Shown here one piece after another: positions 26,287 to 40,475 of a stretch of DNA of 64,000 bases. Source of the DNA: Octopus vulgaris (taxonomy: Eukaryota); NCBI GenBank assembly GCA_951406725.2, contig OX597815.1, positions 60,946,001 through 61,010,000 on the forward strand, written 5' to 3'. The number at the start of each line of letters is the position of its first letter. Position 1 is the first letter of the stretch. The notes beneath the pieces are model-generated. The model had not been told where the DNA came from. It did no database searches and saw only the letters and a program-made list of their open reading frames with translations. The position numbers were made by a program, and so were the translations under genes.

Positions 26287-26885
26287 CTATGTGTATAGAG
26301 TCAGACAGGCGGTTCATTTCGCCTCCAATTAAATTCAAGGGTTCAGACACGTAATGTTGATAAGCCACAAAAATGGCGAAATGTTATAAGGTAGCGCGCC
26401 TTATAACCCCTCACTCTTGAAATTTACTTTCTCCTCTCACTATTCCCAATCGGAATACTTCTCCAATCCCCCCTCTCTAAAACACATAGCTCTACACAAA
26501 ACCATTCCATCTTTGAACTTCTTTCCTTTAACAACCCAAATGTAAGTCCTCTTCCCTGAAGACGGAGGCTCGTATTATCCTACAATGGAATTAATCTACA
26601 AACATTATTTTGGACCACCGAGCCCCAAGAAACAGCAATTGGATTTGTAATACTTTTCTTCAACTTCTATAATTCTCTATATCATTTGTATTCTGTGTAA
26701 GTCGGACATTTTTGTATGTAAACATATATACATTTTTTGTATTTCATGTATTTAATATACTTTATATATTGATCTGTCTAACTTGCTTAACCCTAAATTT
26801 ACTTTTATGTATGTATATATGTATGTATGTATAAAGTTATGTATGTATGTATGAATTTATGTATGTATGTATGTATGTATGCATA

Positions 26886-27023
<138 letters not shown>

Positions 27024-27133
27024 GATATACACACACGTGTATAAACATACACATACACGTATATGTATATGTATGTACGTTTGCACACTCACGGATACAC
27101 ACACACATACACATACATACATACATACATACT

Positions 27134-27206
<73 letters not shown>

Positions 27207-27256
27207 GTATATATATATATGTATATATAGATATATGTGCTCGTCTATGTGTGTGT

Positions 27257-28020
27257 GTGCAGGTGTGGCTGTGTTGTATGAAGCTTGCTTCCCAACCACA
27301 TGGTTCCGGGTTCAGTCCCACTACGTGGCACCTTCGAGAAATGTCTTCTAATATAGCCTTGGATCGACCAAAGTCTTGAGAGTGTATATGTGAGACGGTT
27401 ACTGAAAAAAGCTCATCACATATATAAATATATATAGATGTGTGTAACTTTGTGTCTGTCTGTTCCCTACAATCGCTAGACAACTGATGTTGGTATGTTT
27501 ATGTCCCCGTAAACTAGCGGTTCAGCAAAAGACACCGATAGAATAAGTACCAGGCTTACAAAGAATAAGTCCTGGGGTCGATTTCTTCGACTAAAAAAAG
27601 CCCTAAACGTTTTGCTCCAGTATGGCCGCAGTCAAATGGCTGAAACAAGTAAAAGAATAAAAGAGATGTATATATATTCTTTTACTTCTATCGGTCATTT
27701 GGCTCCGACCATGCTGGAGTACCGCATTTAGTCGAACAAATCGACTCCAGGGCTTATACTATGTAAGCCTAGCACTTATTCTATCTGTCTCTTTTGCTGA
27801 CGTAAACACACCAGCATCGGCTGTCAAGCTTTGGCAGGGGGATAAACACTGACACACAAATAAATACATACGTACAAGGATCTCCACCCCACTGCCGGAG
27901 CCTCGTGGAGCTTTAGGTGTTTTCGCTCAATAAAAACTCACAACGCCCGGTCTGGGAATCGAAACCGCAATCTTACAACCGCGAGTCCGCTACTCTAACC
28001 ACTGGGCTATTGCGCCTCCA
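27257..28020. mobile_element. SINE cluster: A (+) 27257-27665, A 3' half (-) 27675-27870, C head (-) 27872-28020
   Basis: Homology to other copies in the window. Confidence 0.8.
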
Positions 28021-28022
28021 TG

Positions 28023-28180
<158 letters not shown>

Positions 28181-28301
28181 TAAATTAGAGACAAAACCAC
28201 TATTAGGCAAATCAAACAATGAAAAACTTACCCAATACATAAGATTAATTTATATTATTTAAATATATAACAAAATTATTAAAAAAATATAATTAATTTC
28301 A

Positions 28302-28365
28302 CACTACGATCGTTTCATGCCTGCTAACTTCTTCAAATTTTTGAGTCGCAGTCATTCATCAGGTG
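28302..28365 (-). ncRNA. Type-I hammerhead ribozyme downstream of a PLE endonuclease
   Basis: cac-CTGATGA-atgactgc..gcaggcat-GAAA-cgatcg-TA-gtg; palindromic ACGATCGT; stem I only 3 bp. Confidence 0.7.
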
Positions 28366-29127
28366 GTTTAAATATTTGTCTTGGCGATGTTTAAACAATG
28401 AACTAAAGTTTTGAATCAAAAAACGTCTTATACAGCGTTTATAAGAATACTCATGGAATTACGTTATTGGCAAAAAAAAAAAAAAGAATAAATTGTTAAA
28501 GAATTCATTACGCGTGAGGAACCTACGTTTATTAAAGATTATGAATGGAAAATTATATGTTTATCATTGTAAAAAGAATGAATTCACAAATAAAGAATAA
28601 AATCTATCTATACTATAATATTTATTAATAAAATAACTATGATAAATGAAACTTAATACAAAATAAATTAAATGATTAAAAACCACTTATTATTAAATAT
28701 ATTCTAAAAATCTAATAAGATTAATAAATACATAAAAATTAATTTATATAGTAACCCCACTACATATTATATATTTTTTCCCATACCCTTATAATTATAA
28801 GCTAAAATTAGTGATCATAACAAATCTATATATACTAATCAAAATTTGTAGTATAACTATACATACGTATACATAACTATATAAGAAAATATCCATACAT
28901 ATACACATATATATACATATATACACATATACACATATACATACATATACATACACATATACACATACATACTCACATACATTCATATACATATATACAC
29001 ACATATATACACACACTTACACCCATACACATATGCACACTCATACATACATGTACATACATACAATACTCAATATATACACTTACACCAATATATACAC
29101 ACCCACACACATACAAATAAATAAATG

Positions 29128-29166
<39 letters not shown>

Positions 29167-29683
29167 CATCAAATACACATATATACAAACACACACATCC
29201 ACATATATTATAAATAAATAGATATATAAAAGTCTATAATCATACTACAATACAAAATAGAGGTAAATATTAAGTTAAATCTAAAAAATTAATCTACTAA
29301 TCTATACTTCTATATTAAATAAAATGGATTAAATAAACAACTAAATAAAACTATTTCAAATATAAAGAGATTACATACAAATAGATTAATATATCAAAAT
29401 TATAATTTAACGAAGTTATAATAGAAATATAACAAAATATATAAAATAAATAAAATTGTAACTTACCAGACTCAATATTCAATATACCATTAAATACTTA
29501 TTATTTAGTAATAAAATATTTAGTAATAAAATGAAAAACCATCTATAATCTAACTATAATTAAAAACATAACCTAAATAACTAAAATAAACTATTATAAT
29601 ATTACTACAAATCACCTGGTATATTTATAATACTATTACATAAAACAATTAATAGGGAGCTAATTAAGGCTAATAAATAATTA

Positions 29684-30560
29684 TCATTTATCAAGAAATT
29701 TATTATATAAGTAAAGTAACTTGTGTCTGCATTTTATTTTGCGCTCATCACAGTTATTCAGTCTCCAAATGTACTTGCTAAGTCCAGTTGAGTTAATTAA
29801 GTTTTTATTTTTAAATGAATTCAAATGTTGTGCGATTCTTAATTTTATTTTAGAGGAAGTGGACCCTATATATATCGCGTTTGAGTTATTATTATTCTTA
29901 ATATTCTTATCATGTAATGTAACTATACATTTATACACTACATCATTAGTATCACATTTATTATTCAAGTTACATTTAGATTTATCTCTACATGTACAGT
30001 TAATTAGTGTCTTGTCTTTATTATTGGTATTATTAAATAATTTATTTTTATAAAAAATATTCCGTTTAAATTTGTTAAAAGAAGAAATAAAGTTACCTAC
30101 ACTATTAGTGGTGGAATAACCTACTCCAAGATTATTACTAGAGAAAATTTTTTTATATTTACGATTATCTCGAATAAATAAATCAATAATATCTAAAATC
30201 TTTTTAATAATGTTCGTTTTAACTTGAGCACCATAAGGAACTATTAACCAAATTTTATTCTTATTTTCCTTCTTATTATTATTAAAACTGTCATTATTAT
30301 TGTTGTAATTATATTTCTTTATCATATTAATATTATTATTATTATCAGATTTATATTTATAATCAACATTTAAAGAATTATTAAAGTTATTAATTTTATT
30401 TTTATTTTTATTATTATTATTATTTTTATTTTTATTTTTATTCATATTTTTATTTATATTATTTTTATTTTTATAATTTCTAATATTTTTACCACTATTA
30501 CTAACAAAATTATTATAATTATTATTAATATTTTTATCTCTTTTTAATAATTTTGTTATA
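29684..30560 (-). pseudogene. PLE GIY-YIG endonuclease fragment (Asn-rich, very AT-rich; no RT visible)
   Basis: NCTCRDKSKCNLNNKC..VVYKC..IYIGST..KLRIAQH..TGLSKYIW. Confidence 0.85.
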
Positions 30561-30695
30561 TATTTAAATAATATAAATATATATATATATACCGGAGTAA
30601 ACACATAAATGTGAAACAAGGTGGAAAAAAGAGTACTCAAATACCAGTGGTAGAGTAATATGCTTTATTTAAAGCAGCAAAAAATTCAACAAAAT

Positions 30696-30732
30696 CTGTT
30701 ACTCTGAGTTTCTCGTTGCCGTTCATCAGACA

Positions 30733-30733
<1 letters not shown>
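30696..30733 (-). ncRNA. Compact type-I hammerhead ribozyme
   Basis: ctgt-CTGATGA-acggcaacga-GAAA-ctcagag-TA-acag. Confidence 0.75.
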
Positions 30734-30774
<41 letters not shown>

Positions 30775-30974
30775 ACAGGCTACCAAATCCACTCACAAGA
30801 TATCACACAGTGAGACTGAACCCGGAACCATGTAGTTGGAAGCAAGCTTCTTACTACTCACCCACTCCTGCTATAACCTTGAGCCGACCAAAACCTTGTC
30901 AGTGGACTTGGTAGACGGAAACTGAAAGAAGCCCGTCGTATTTATCTATCAGTCTATCTATGTATCTTTCTAAA

Positions 30975-31022
<48 letters not shown>

Positions 31023-31040
31023 CATACATACACACACATC

Positions 31041-31076
<36 letters not shown>

Positions 31077-31299
31077 TGTATGTATGTATGTATGTATGTA
31101 TGTGTGTGTGTATATAAAAACTAAGTAAAATTAAATGTAAGACTGACATACCATATATACAATTTAAAAAACACAATATACAATATGTACACATACATGC
31201 TGAAATACAGTATTTACAATACACACACAGATTAAAATGCAATATATACATAATATATCTTCACAAATTAAAGTTAAGGTATATAACACATGCGTTCTC

Positions 31300-32110
31300 C
31301 CATCTTTGCTATATGAAAGTGAGGCAAGGGTCGTTTACCGTAAGTAGGTAAGACAATTGGAAGGATTTCATCAATACTGTCTGAGAAAAATTTGGGGGAT
31401 AAACTGGAAAATGGTCATTAGTAATGTGGAGGTGCTTGAGAGGAATGGCAGTAGAAGTGTAGTCAATGATTTTTGCAAAGATTTCTGAGGTGGGGGGGAC
31501 ATTTGCTAAGGATGAGGGATGAGCGACTTTCCAAGCAGCTATTGTATGGTGAGCTGGAAGATGGCAAAAGACCAGCGCATAAAACTAAATTAAGGTTTAA
31601 GGATTGCTTTTAAAATGCTCTAATGCAAACAGGAATTGCAGCTGGTAATTGGGAGAGGGAGGAACAAGATCATGATGGATGGAGGAAGATAGTGCATGAT
31701 GGTTGTTCTAGGTTTGAGAGGGAGAGGGTGAAGTATGAGATAATTAGGAGGGGGCTTAGAAGGGGGGAGCCAGTGAAAAGTGAGAGAGTGTTGTTTTTTA
31801 TGTGTGTGGTTTGGCGGAGGTGTTTGAGTCGTGCAGGCCTGGTGAGCCATCAAAATTCTTATAGAAATCGAGCCATGATAAACAATGATGTGGCTATTAA
31901 AATTCATCACGGAACGTGTGTAAAATGTGGAAGGGTGTGCCTCTCAGTTGGATGTCTAAAAAGACATGTTAAGAAAGTGCATATGGTAGCACCTGTTTTT
32001 CCTGCCAGCCAGCACAGTTGTCTAGTACGTAATAAAATGTGTAAAATCTTGGCCGGGCTTAAAAGTCACATAAGGGCATCACATGGCAGCAATAATGAAT
32101 TAATTCAGTA
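31300..32110 (+). mobile_element. RTE-clade LINE 3' fragment
   Basis: DERLSKQLLYGELEDGKR..KLRFKD..W..DHDGWRK..C..CLSRAGLVSH. Confidence 0.8.
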
Positions 32111-32219
32111 AGTCTTCTTGGCAATGGCTTTTCTCGTGTAACGAGGAATAAGCTGTGATGTGATGTGTGTGTGTGTGTATATATATATGTATGTATATAT
32201 ATATATGTATATATATATA

Positions 32220-32292
<73 letters not shown>

Positions 32293-33413
32293 ATGCATAT
32301 ATATACATCTATATATATATAAATATGTATGTATGAGTGTGTATGTATGTAAATGTGTGTCCGTGTTTGTCTCCTCACTATCACTTGACAACCGATGTTG
32401 GCATGTTGTCCCCGTAACTTAGCGGTTCAGCAAAAGGGTCCGGTAGAATTAGTACTAGGCATACAAAGAAGTCCTGGGGTCGATTTTCTCGACTAAAGGC
32501 AGTGCTTCAGTATGGGCGCAGTCAAATGGCTGAAACAAGTAAAAGAAATATATATATTCGTGTGTATTAAAAGCAAGAATTATATTTATTTAGTACGAGA
32601 GTAAAGTCAATCTGAGAACGTGACCATCGTCATCTTCAGCTGAACAATACTCCACTTCAGTCACAAAGCGTTGACTAAGAGTGTACTAAACTACCTCATC
32701 TACGCTGCTAATTTTTACCTAATTTGCAAGAATTTTTGCCTGTGGGCAATATTTCTGTCAAGAATTATGAAAAATCGTGGTGGCATATTGCCTTATGCAG
32801 AAGACAAAAGATGCATCGTTGTTTAAGTAGGTGGTCTTGAAGGGACCAAAGCAGATATGATTTCTACCTTTAGTAACAAACTACAGGTTATGTGGTTTGC
32901 TACGGAATCAAATCCTGACTTGTCAATATAAGGGTTTCTCAACACATTCCAGAACAGTCGAGCTGTCTACGGTATATTTCGGATTACTTCTTGAAAGACC
33001 TCATTTCCTTAGAGTAAGTAATTAGTGAGATTGTTTTCTTGATCTTTTATATACTTCATAATGAAACCCTGGTTTATGTTTATAGGAGAGCTTTACAGTA
33101 GATGCATAACTTCCAGGGCCCCTTGCGTAATGCGGATATGTTTACTCGATTTATAACTTCAGTCCTTATATTTAATTCACTTGTGTACAAATTGGACTTC
33201 CATGTAAATTCTGACCTCTTTGACTTTTTACTGCAGTCTCTTGCTTCAATTTATTATCTCTGGAATACACCAGACTTTCACTGAAGAATGCAAGTGGTAA
33301 TTGCCACTGATGATGCCCGGGAGGTTGAAATGAGCATTTAGAAATGTCATCTGCACACCTGGACGATTTTCGTTGGTTTCTAACATTGTACCCCAATAAA
33401 ATATATTCTTTTC

Positions 33414-33615
33414 TACTCTAGACACAGGGCTCGAAATTTTGGGGGAGGGTGCCAGTCGATTACATCAACCCCAGTACACAACTGGTACTTAATTTGTCGA
33501 CCCCGAAAGGATGAAAGGCAAAGTCGACCTCGGCGGAATTTGAACTCAGAACGTAAAGACAGACGAAATACCGCTAAGCATTTCGGCCGACGTGCTAACG
33601 TTTCTGCCAGCTCAC
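33414..33615 (-). mobile_element. SINE family B
   Basis: Reverse complement of the B consensus seen elsewhere in the window. Confidence 0.85.
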
Positions 33616-33953
33616 CATCAATAAAAGATATCACAGGACGAGCACCGCAGTAAATTAGACATTCAACCATGTATTTGCATTGAGTATGATGCACAGGTTT
33701 CTAATTTAAATTAACGATGCTTCTGTCACACATAATGAATTATCTGTCAATCTTCTTCTTCTTCTTCTTCTCTTCTTCTTCTTCTTCTTCTTCTTCTTCT
33801 TCTTCTTCTTCTTCTTCTTCTTTTTCTTCTTCTTCTTTTTCTTCTTCTTCTTTTTCTTCTTCTTCGTAAACTCACCAGCATCGGTTGCCTAGCGATGCTC
33901 TGTGTGTGTGTGGGGGGGGGACAAACACAAACACACACACACACATATATATA

Positions 33954-34816
33954 CTAGCTGACGTACCCAGTAATATCCGGAAAAGCGAGGCTTATCCCTG
34001 GGTTCTGATCTCATAATTGCTTCGCTAATACAATAATGATACAAAGTATGTAGCCCTTAAAACGGTTTTTGTGCATTTACAGAGAATACCGAATTGTCTT
34101 ACACAGGATCTTGTTTTTAAGAATTCCCAATAAGTTATGAATACCCAAATTGTGAAGTCAGTTATGTAATAACATGAAATTAGTTACCCGATAGTAAGAA
34201 TTCAAATAAAGTAACCCAAAAAAAGTCTTTAATGCGTTCCCAGAGTATATAGAACATAGGAAGAAATACTAATAAGGTATGTATACTAAAATCGTGAAGC
34301 ATGTTACGTAATAACAGGCTAATCAGATATGAGATAATACCAATTCAAAGTAAATAACTCTGAAAAGGGTTTTTGTGTGTTTCCAGACAACATTACGCTC
34401 AAGGGCGCTAGTGTTGGTATATTCAAGAATAAGTCACTAGCCGAAATAACTGGACTTATTGTTTAGGAAAATGCTATTTACTTGTTTAAGGGTTGTACTG
34501 GATAAATTGCGAAAATAACTCTAACAGTTCAAATACTAAGAAATAAGCATACTCAATTTGATTTATACCAAATAATTTAAGAAAATGAATGGATTATTTT
34601 CCTTGGCTTTTAAAATAAAATATCTTAGATATATTAGATATATATAAGGATTCCTTCTGGGGGCCTTATTAATTTTTTCAACAATCTGAGTATGCCATGA
34701 GGTTTCTAGACAAGAGTTCTACTCACGTGTCAAGTTTCATCAAAATCGATAAAACGATGTAGGAGTTAGCTAACAACTCCACAAACACACCCACAGACAA
34801 AATTTCCCACATATGT

Positions 34817-34830
<14 letters not shown>
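33954..34830 (-). mobile_element. Non-autonomous Helitron-like element
   Basis: Minus-strand 3' end ccggatattactggg hairpin then CTAG-t; aagtttcatcaaaatcg motif near the other end. Confidence 0.5.
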
Positions 34831-34857
<27 letters not shown>

Positions 34858-34860
<3 letters not shown>

Positions 34861-35022
34861 CGAGGGGCTTCTTTCACTTTCCGTCTACTACATCCACTCA
34901 CAAGGCTTTGGTCGATCCGAGGCTATAGTAGAAGATACTTGCTCAAGGTGTCACGCAGTGGGACTGAACACGGAACCATGTGGTTGGTAAGTAAGCTACT
35001 TACCACACAGCACTCCTGTGCA
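34858..35022 (-). mobile_element. SINE family A, 5' half
   Basis: Reverse complement of the head. Confidence 0.8.
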
Positions 35023-35362
35023 TGTATGTATGTATATATATATGATTGTGTGTGTGCATATGTGTGTATATTGCACGTATGTATATCGAGCACTTTATCG
35101 TATTATAACCGCAGAAGATAGGTCTTTGAGAATACATTCCATTCAATGCATTTTTACCCGAATCATATAAGTGAGTTAAATTTCATTTAGCTAATCCCCC
35201 CGCTGAATTCTTCGGGGATATTTTTAATTAATATAAAGTTATTAGTAAATCCAAAACGACGTTTCATTCATTTTCTTCGTTTTGTATCTCACTCAATTTC
35301 AAAGTATGTCGAGCCAAAACCACACTGTGGTTTGGAATGTAGTGTTATGCGTTTTTCCGATT

Positions 35363-35432
35363 GCCGGATAAGTGAAGAGATGGTGGCGTGGATTTCCACC
35401 TCGGCATCCGAAACTCGGAGTTTTATCTTGGC
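35363..35432 (+). ncRNA. Hammerhead-like motif with G at core position 3
   Basis: gccggataa-GTGAAGA-gatg..catcc-GAAA-ctcggag-TT-ttatcttggc. Confidence 0.55.
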
Positions 35433-36062
35433 TACATACATTTACAAATAAATTCCTATATTTACATAATATCGAGGTCTCTTTCTTTCTTTTGTTATCT
35501 TACCGTTTTTATCAATATATATATAATACATCCCGCAGTGCAAAATTTACTTCGACTAAATTAATTTTTTTTTTCTTTGTAAAACACCACTTAGTGGAAG
35601 GGGGTCGCTGTGTTAGGAATGGTCCAGAACCATTTTCCAGGTGACACGACCACCTGGACAGAATAGATAATTCCTCTTCAAGCTTGTAGCATTAATGATG
35701 ACATTCGTTGGTCTGAGGTGATGTGTCTGGTGACCATAATTAGGTTTTTGGTCATTTTGGTAGCTTGGGGTTACACAGATTTTTAAAGAAATAACCGATA
35801 ACTAAAAATCTAAAATCTACAACTGTAGAACATATTTATAATGCAAAAAGTGTAAGATGCAATTCCAAATACAAGAAGAGTAGCAGCAGCAGGAGCAGCA
35901 CGTGCAACAACAATATGTGTAACAGCTGCAACAACAGCAACATTAATAAGAAAGCCTTTTACAAGTGAAGAGTCACAGATTTAATTATAAAAGCAAATAT
36001 TAGGCTGTGACTTTTTTGCAGTTTCCAAATGATCCAAGGAGTAAATCATTAAATATTTGCAC

Positions 36063-36115
<53 letters not shown>

Positions 36116-36523
36116 TCAGTATAAATTCTCCAGACACGTCCAGATAAGGGATTGTACAAGTTACAATGGTATATATTACATTTCTCTCTCAATATATCTC
36201 TCCATCTCCATATCTATCCTCATATCTATCAATATGCATTCATGTAAACACATATATATAAATGTGTAAATGAATACGCGTGTATATATATATATGTATG
36301 TATGTATATATGTATGTATGTATGTATGTATATATGTATGCATGTATGTATGTATGTATATATGTATGTATATATATATATATGCGTATATATATATATA
36401 TGTGTGTGTGTACATGTATATGTACATATATATGCGTATACATATATATGCACATACATATGCACATGTATATATGTATGTATACATGTATGTATGTGCA
36501 TATATATATGTATATATATATAT

Positions 36524-36903
36524 GTCGTCACGGCCCTCCGTCGGTTACGACGACGAGGGTTCTAGTTGACCCGATCAACAGAACTGCCTGCTTCGTGAAA
36601 TTAACGTGTAAGTGGCCAAGCACTCCACAGACACGTATACCCTAAACGTAGTTCTTGCGAGATTCAGCGTGACTCAAAGTGTGACAAGGCTGGCCTTTCG
36701 AAATACAGGCACAACAGAAACAGGAAGAAAGAGTGGGAGAAAGTTGAGGTGACATAGTACAGCAGAGTTCGCCATCACACCCTGCCTCGTGTAGCTTGGG
36801 GCATTTTCGCTCAATAAACACTCACCACGTCCCGTCTGAGAATCGAGACTGTGACCCCACGTTCACGAGCCCGCTACCCTAACCACTAGGCCATTGCACC
36901 TCC
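36524..36903 (-). mobile_element. tRNA-derived SINE family C
   Basis: ggaggtgcaatggcctagtggttaggg A-box head; body homologous to 41999-42316. Confidence 0.8.
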
Positions 36904-37026
36904 ACATATATATGTATATGTGTGTATATATGTGTATGCATATATATATGTATTTCATGTATATGCACATGTATACATGTATACATTTATGTATGTATGT
37001 ACATATATATAAATATATATATATGT

Positions 37027-37080
<54 letters not shown>

Positions 37081-37372
37081 TAATAAAATATATGCATATA
37101 TATAAACATATATGTACGTACCTACCTCTACATGTACATATACACGCATATATGTGTACAGGACACCAAAAAGACGTCGAACACATAGAGAGACGAAAAA
37201 CATAGACACAAACCAAGGAACAAGACAGGCAAAAAAAAGGAGAGATACAGGACAATAAGCACAACGAAAAATCCCCTTCTTCAGTCGCTAAAGTTTCATC
37301 TACTAAACGTTTCGAAGGATAAAAGCGAGACGTATACTTCGAATGAAAAATTCCTTCCTGCGAAAAGCAAAT

Positions 37373-37411
<39 letters not shown>

Positions 37412-37574
37412 TACATATATATATAGTGTAATAATATATTTTGTTTCCCGAATTTAGCGCGCCAGAACTCAGACATTTGAAATTAACCCCAATGTAATCG
37501 GTGGAACTAAGCACGTGTCTGTTTTTATACAGAAAACTAGTGGTTAGTTTTACAAATTATATTGCTTGTGGAAC

Positions 37575-37655
37575 GATCGTACTGACAAGCCCTACGGACG
37601 AAGGGATTACGTAAGTGATTTATTCGTTAATAGGCGAAACCACCGGTCTGCGATT
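37575..37655 (+). ncRNA. Type-I hammerhead with G8A lesion
   Basis: gatcgta-CTGACAA-gcccta..taggc-GAAA-ccaccgg-TC-tgcgatt. Confidence 0.6.
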
Positions 37656-37809
37656 AATTCTTGTTTTACATATGTATTGCCCGCATATTGTTCTGGTGTC
37701 CGCTGAATTTTTCTCTAGAGAACATTCTTTTCTTTGTAGTTTGATCGTAGGTGATCTACTTCTAGCATATGGCTGACCACATAGTGGTTTTAGCCCTTTA
37801 AATATACAC

Positions 37810-37856
<47 letters not shown>

Positions 37857-38963
37857 TATATTGTAATTATATGTATATATAATGTGTGTGTGATTGTGTA
37901 TGTGTACTTATGTAAGTATACATATAATGTATGTTTGTACATTTATATATATATATACATACTTACATGCATACATGCTTCATAAATATGTAACAATGAA
38001 GTATAGCATTCACAATGTATACACACAAATAAAATGGTACTAGTTTGAATATTTCTTCTCAAGGATATTTCTCAAACAGATTTGTGTGTTTAAAGAAACA
38101 TAGACATTACTCAAAATATCATGAATAGATTGTCTGACACCGATATGTCGGCCTGCTTTGGTCTCCTCAGTGACGAATACTCTTTGCTTTCTGAGCCACT
38201 TCGAAAAAGACTTGCTTCGAGATAGAAATCGGCAGCCGAAACATTCATTGATTTGTGCAAAAGCTGGGCAGGCTAGAATTAAATTTATGTACACACTTGA
38301 AACAGCATTCGACTCAACTCAGAATGACCAGGGTATTCTTCCCTGAGGAGACTAAATTAAGTCGTAACACCGTCACGAAAATCTATAAATTTACGCTTAA
38401 AATATATATCGATAAATAGTTAAATTAAAGTGAAATAACCTTGATTAACAAATAGCCGTAGATGTTACACATTTATCTTTTAACCTGAATACAGGAATCA
38501 CAATGTTTTCATATATGCTTGACTTTCATTGTGGAATTTTCACATGTCCTACTAGTCATTAATATTATTCGAGTTAAATATATGAACCTAATAGCGTCTC
38601 CCAAAACTCATTATTACTATTATTTTAACACATTAATGGTGTTAATTTGAAAAATTAATATTATTGATTCTAAAATTCTGCAAAATTCACAAAAGGGCTT
38701 TACAAATTCAAGAATGAAATTATTCACAATTATTCATTGGAATAAGCTCAGGTGTTCTTTTGTAAATTAGAATTTATTGATGAATCCATAATCCGTATTT
38801 AACTTCTATAGCTGAAACTGAACTGGGCCAGGGTTAAAAGTTACCTCGATAAGATTCTATCAGATAGCAACTTCATCATCAGAACGGAACAATATATAGA
38901 GAGAGGGAGAGAGAACGAGAGAGAGAAAGACCAGAAGCATGTGTGTGTGTGTATGTGTGTGTA

Positions 38964-40475
38964 CAGAAGTCCCTCGCTTTACGGGAATAACGCGTTCCTG
39001 AAAATCTGGCCGTAACACGAAATTCCTTAATGCGAAATTAATTTGCCTGTTGATTTTCATGTTATAGAGTATCTACTGATATATTCGCAAAAGAAAGAAC
39101 AAAAAATAACAGAGAACAAGCAACATGATTACCCTTATACATGAAAATAACAATTTCGAGACTTACATGGTATGATACAGATACATAATGACACAAAACC
39201 AACAGAGAATTAATAAGAACCGCAATATCGTAAATTAGGAAATTAATAAGAACCGTAACTATCAATTAATAAGAACTGAATTAACAAGAACCACAAAAGA
39301 TGTTGACTACTATATGTGGTGGGGGGGGGGTTAGGGTGGAATGAGTGTTACTAAGAGGATGAAGGGCAATATTTACTATCTTAGAGTTCATTATTACCAA
39401 CATCACCTTGAGGGGTGAAAAACTTAGACAAAGTTGTTTGTTGTTTATAACGCCCCATCTCTTTGTACAGCTCAGTATAGGAACTGGGCTCATAGTAAAC
39501 TCCTCCTGTAATTTTTATGTTATTTTCTCGTTCAGTATTATTACTAGCGAAAACCTAGAGACCTTCCTCTATAAGTGCCAAACATTTAACAATAATTTTG
39601 TAGTCAATTTAAGCGGTGAAGGTGGAACTTTCGTTGTCACATCTGTATTTACAGCTTGTTCTTTTTCTAACAGCATCAGCTCCTCATTGAATAAACTTTC
39701 TCTCTGGAACACTAGCAACTCAATCACATCATCCTCTTATACTTCTTCCACTCTTACTTTCTTTGCAAGTGTCACAACATCATTCCCAATTTGATGTAGA
39801 CATTCTGCTTGAGGAAAATTTGTAATGTCACGGATACAGTCCGACCATATACTTTCCCAAGCACTATTCAAAGTTGAAGGTTTCGCATCATCCCATGACT
39901 CGGCTAAATTACCCACATCATCCATTATGCGAATTTCTTCCAGAAATTTCAAACTGTAGGTTTATCCTCCCTGTCAATTACTTCCATAAGGTGTTTGAAA
40001 GTTTTTCTCATATATTATGCCTTGAAGTTAGCTGTTACATTTTGATCCATTAGCTGGAGCAAAGACGTTGCATTTTGGGGGATATAGTCTATTCTCAGAT
40101 ATCAGGAAGGTTATCTAAGTTCGATATGTGGCTCGGCGCATTGTCTAAAAGAAACAATGCCTTGTTGGTAATATTATAGCTGGCACTGTACGTATCTACA
40201 GCAGGAGAAAAACGTTCGTAAACCACTCATTGAAAACGGCTATTAGTCACCCATACCTTCTTATTTAAACATTACGCCAGGGATGAATTAAACTTTGTGT
40301 AATCCTCGAAAGCCACTTGGATTTTTAGTGTGATACATAAATAGGGACTTTAATTTCATATCACCAGCAGGATTTCCTCTCAAAAGAAGCATCAGGCGAT
40401 TTTGGGAAGCTTTAAATCTTAGTGATGATTTTTCTTCTCGAGAAATAGAGGTCCTAGTAAGCATGCACTTCCGAT
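38964..40475 (-). mobile_element. pogo/Tigger-like transposon remnant
   Basis: TA-cagaagtccctcgctttacg end; minus-strand KALFLLDNAPSH and LLQLMDQNV motifs with many lesions. Confidence 0.8.

Noticed and set aside
26553-26643. CTGAAGA..ggctcg/cgagcc..GAAA hammerhead-like remnant
   Set aside because: Stem III and the cleavage triplet are not recoverable
32580-33400. Unique-looking island with short ORFs
   Set aside because: No recognisable protein motif or consistent splice pair
37270-37345. Minus-strand GAAACGTT and CTGAAGA motifs
   Set aside because: Order and pairing do not give a complete hammerhead
38040-38294. Minus-strand ORF with a possible acceptor (ACPAFAQINECFGC..)
   Set aside because: No compatible upstream exon or homology; adjacent to a degenerate repeat-like motif
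39205-39295. Short repeats aattaataagaac with variable spacing, superficially CRISPR-like
   Set aside because: Irregular minisatellite inside a pogo remnant in eukaryotic DNA; no cas genes
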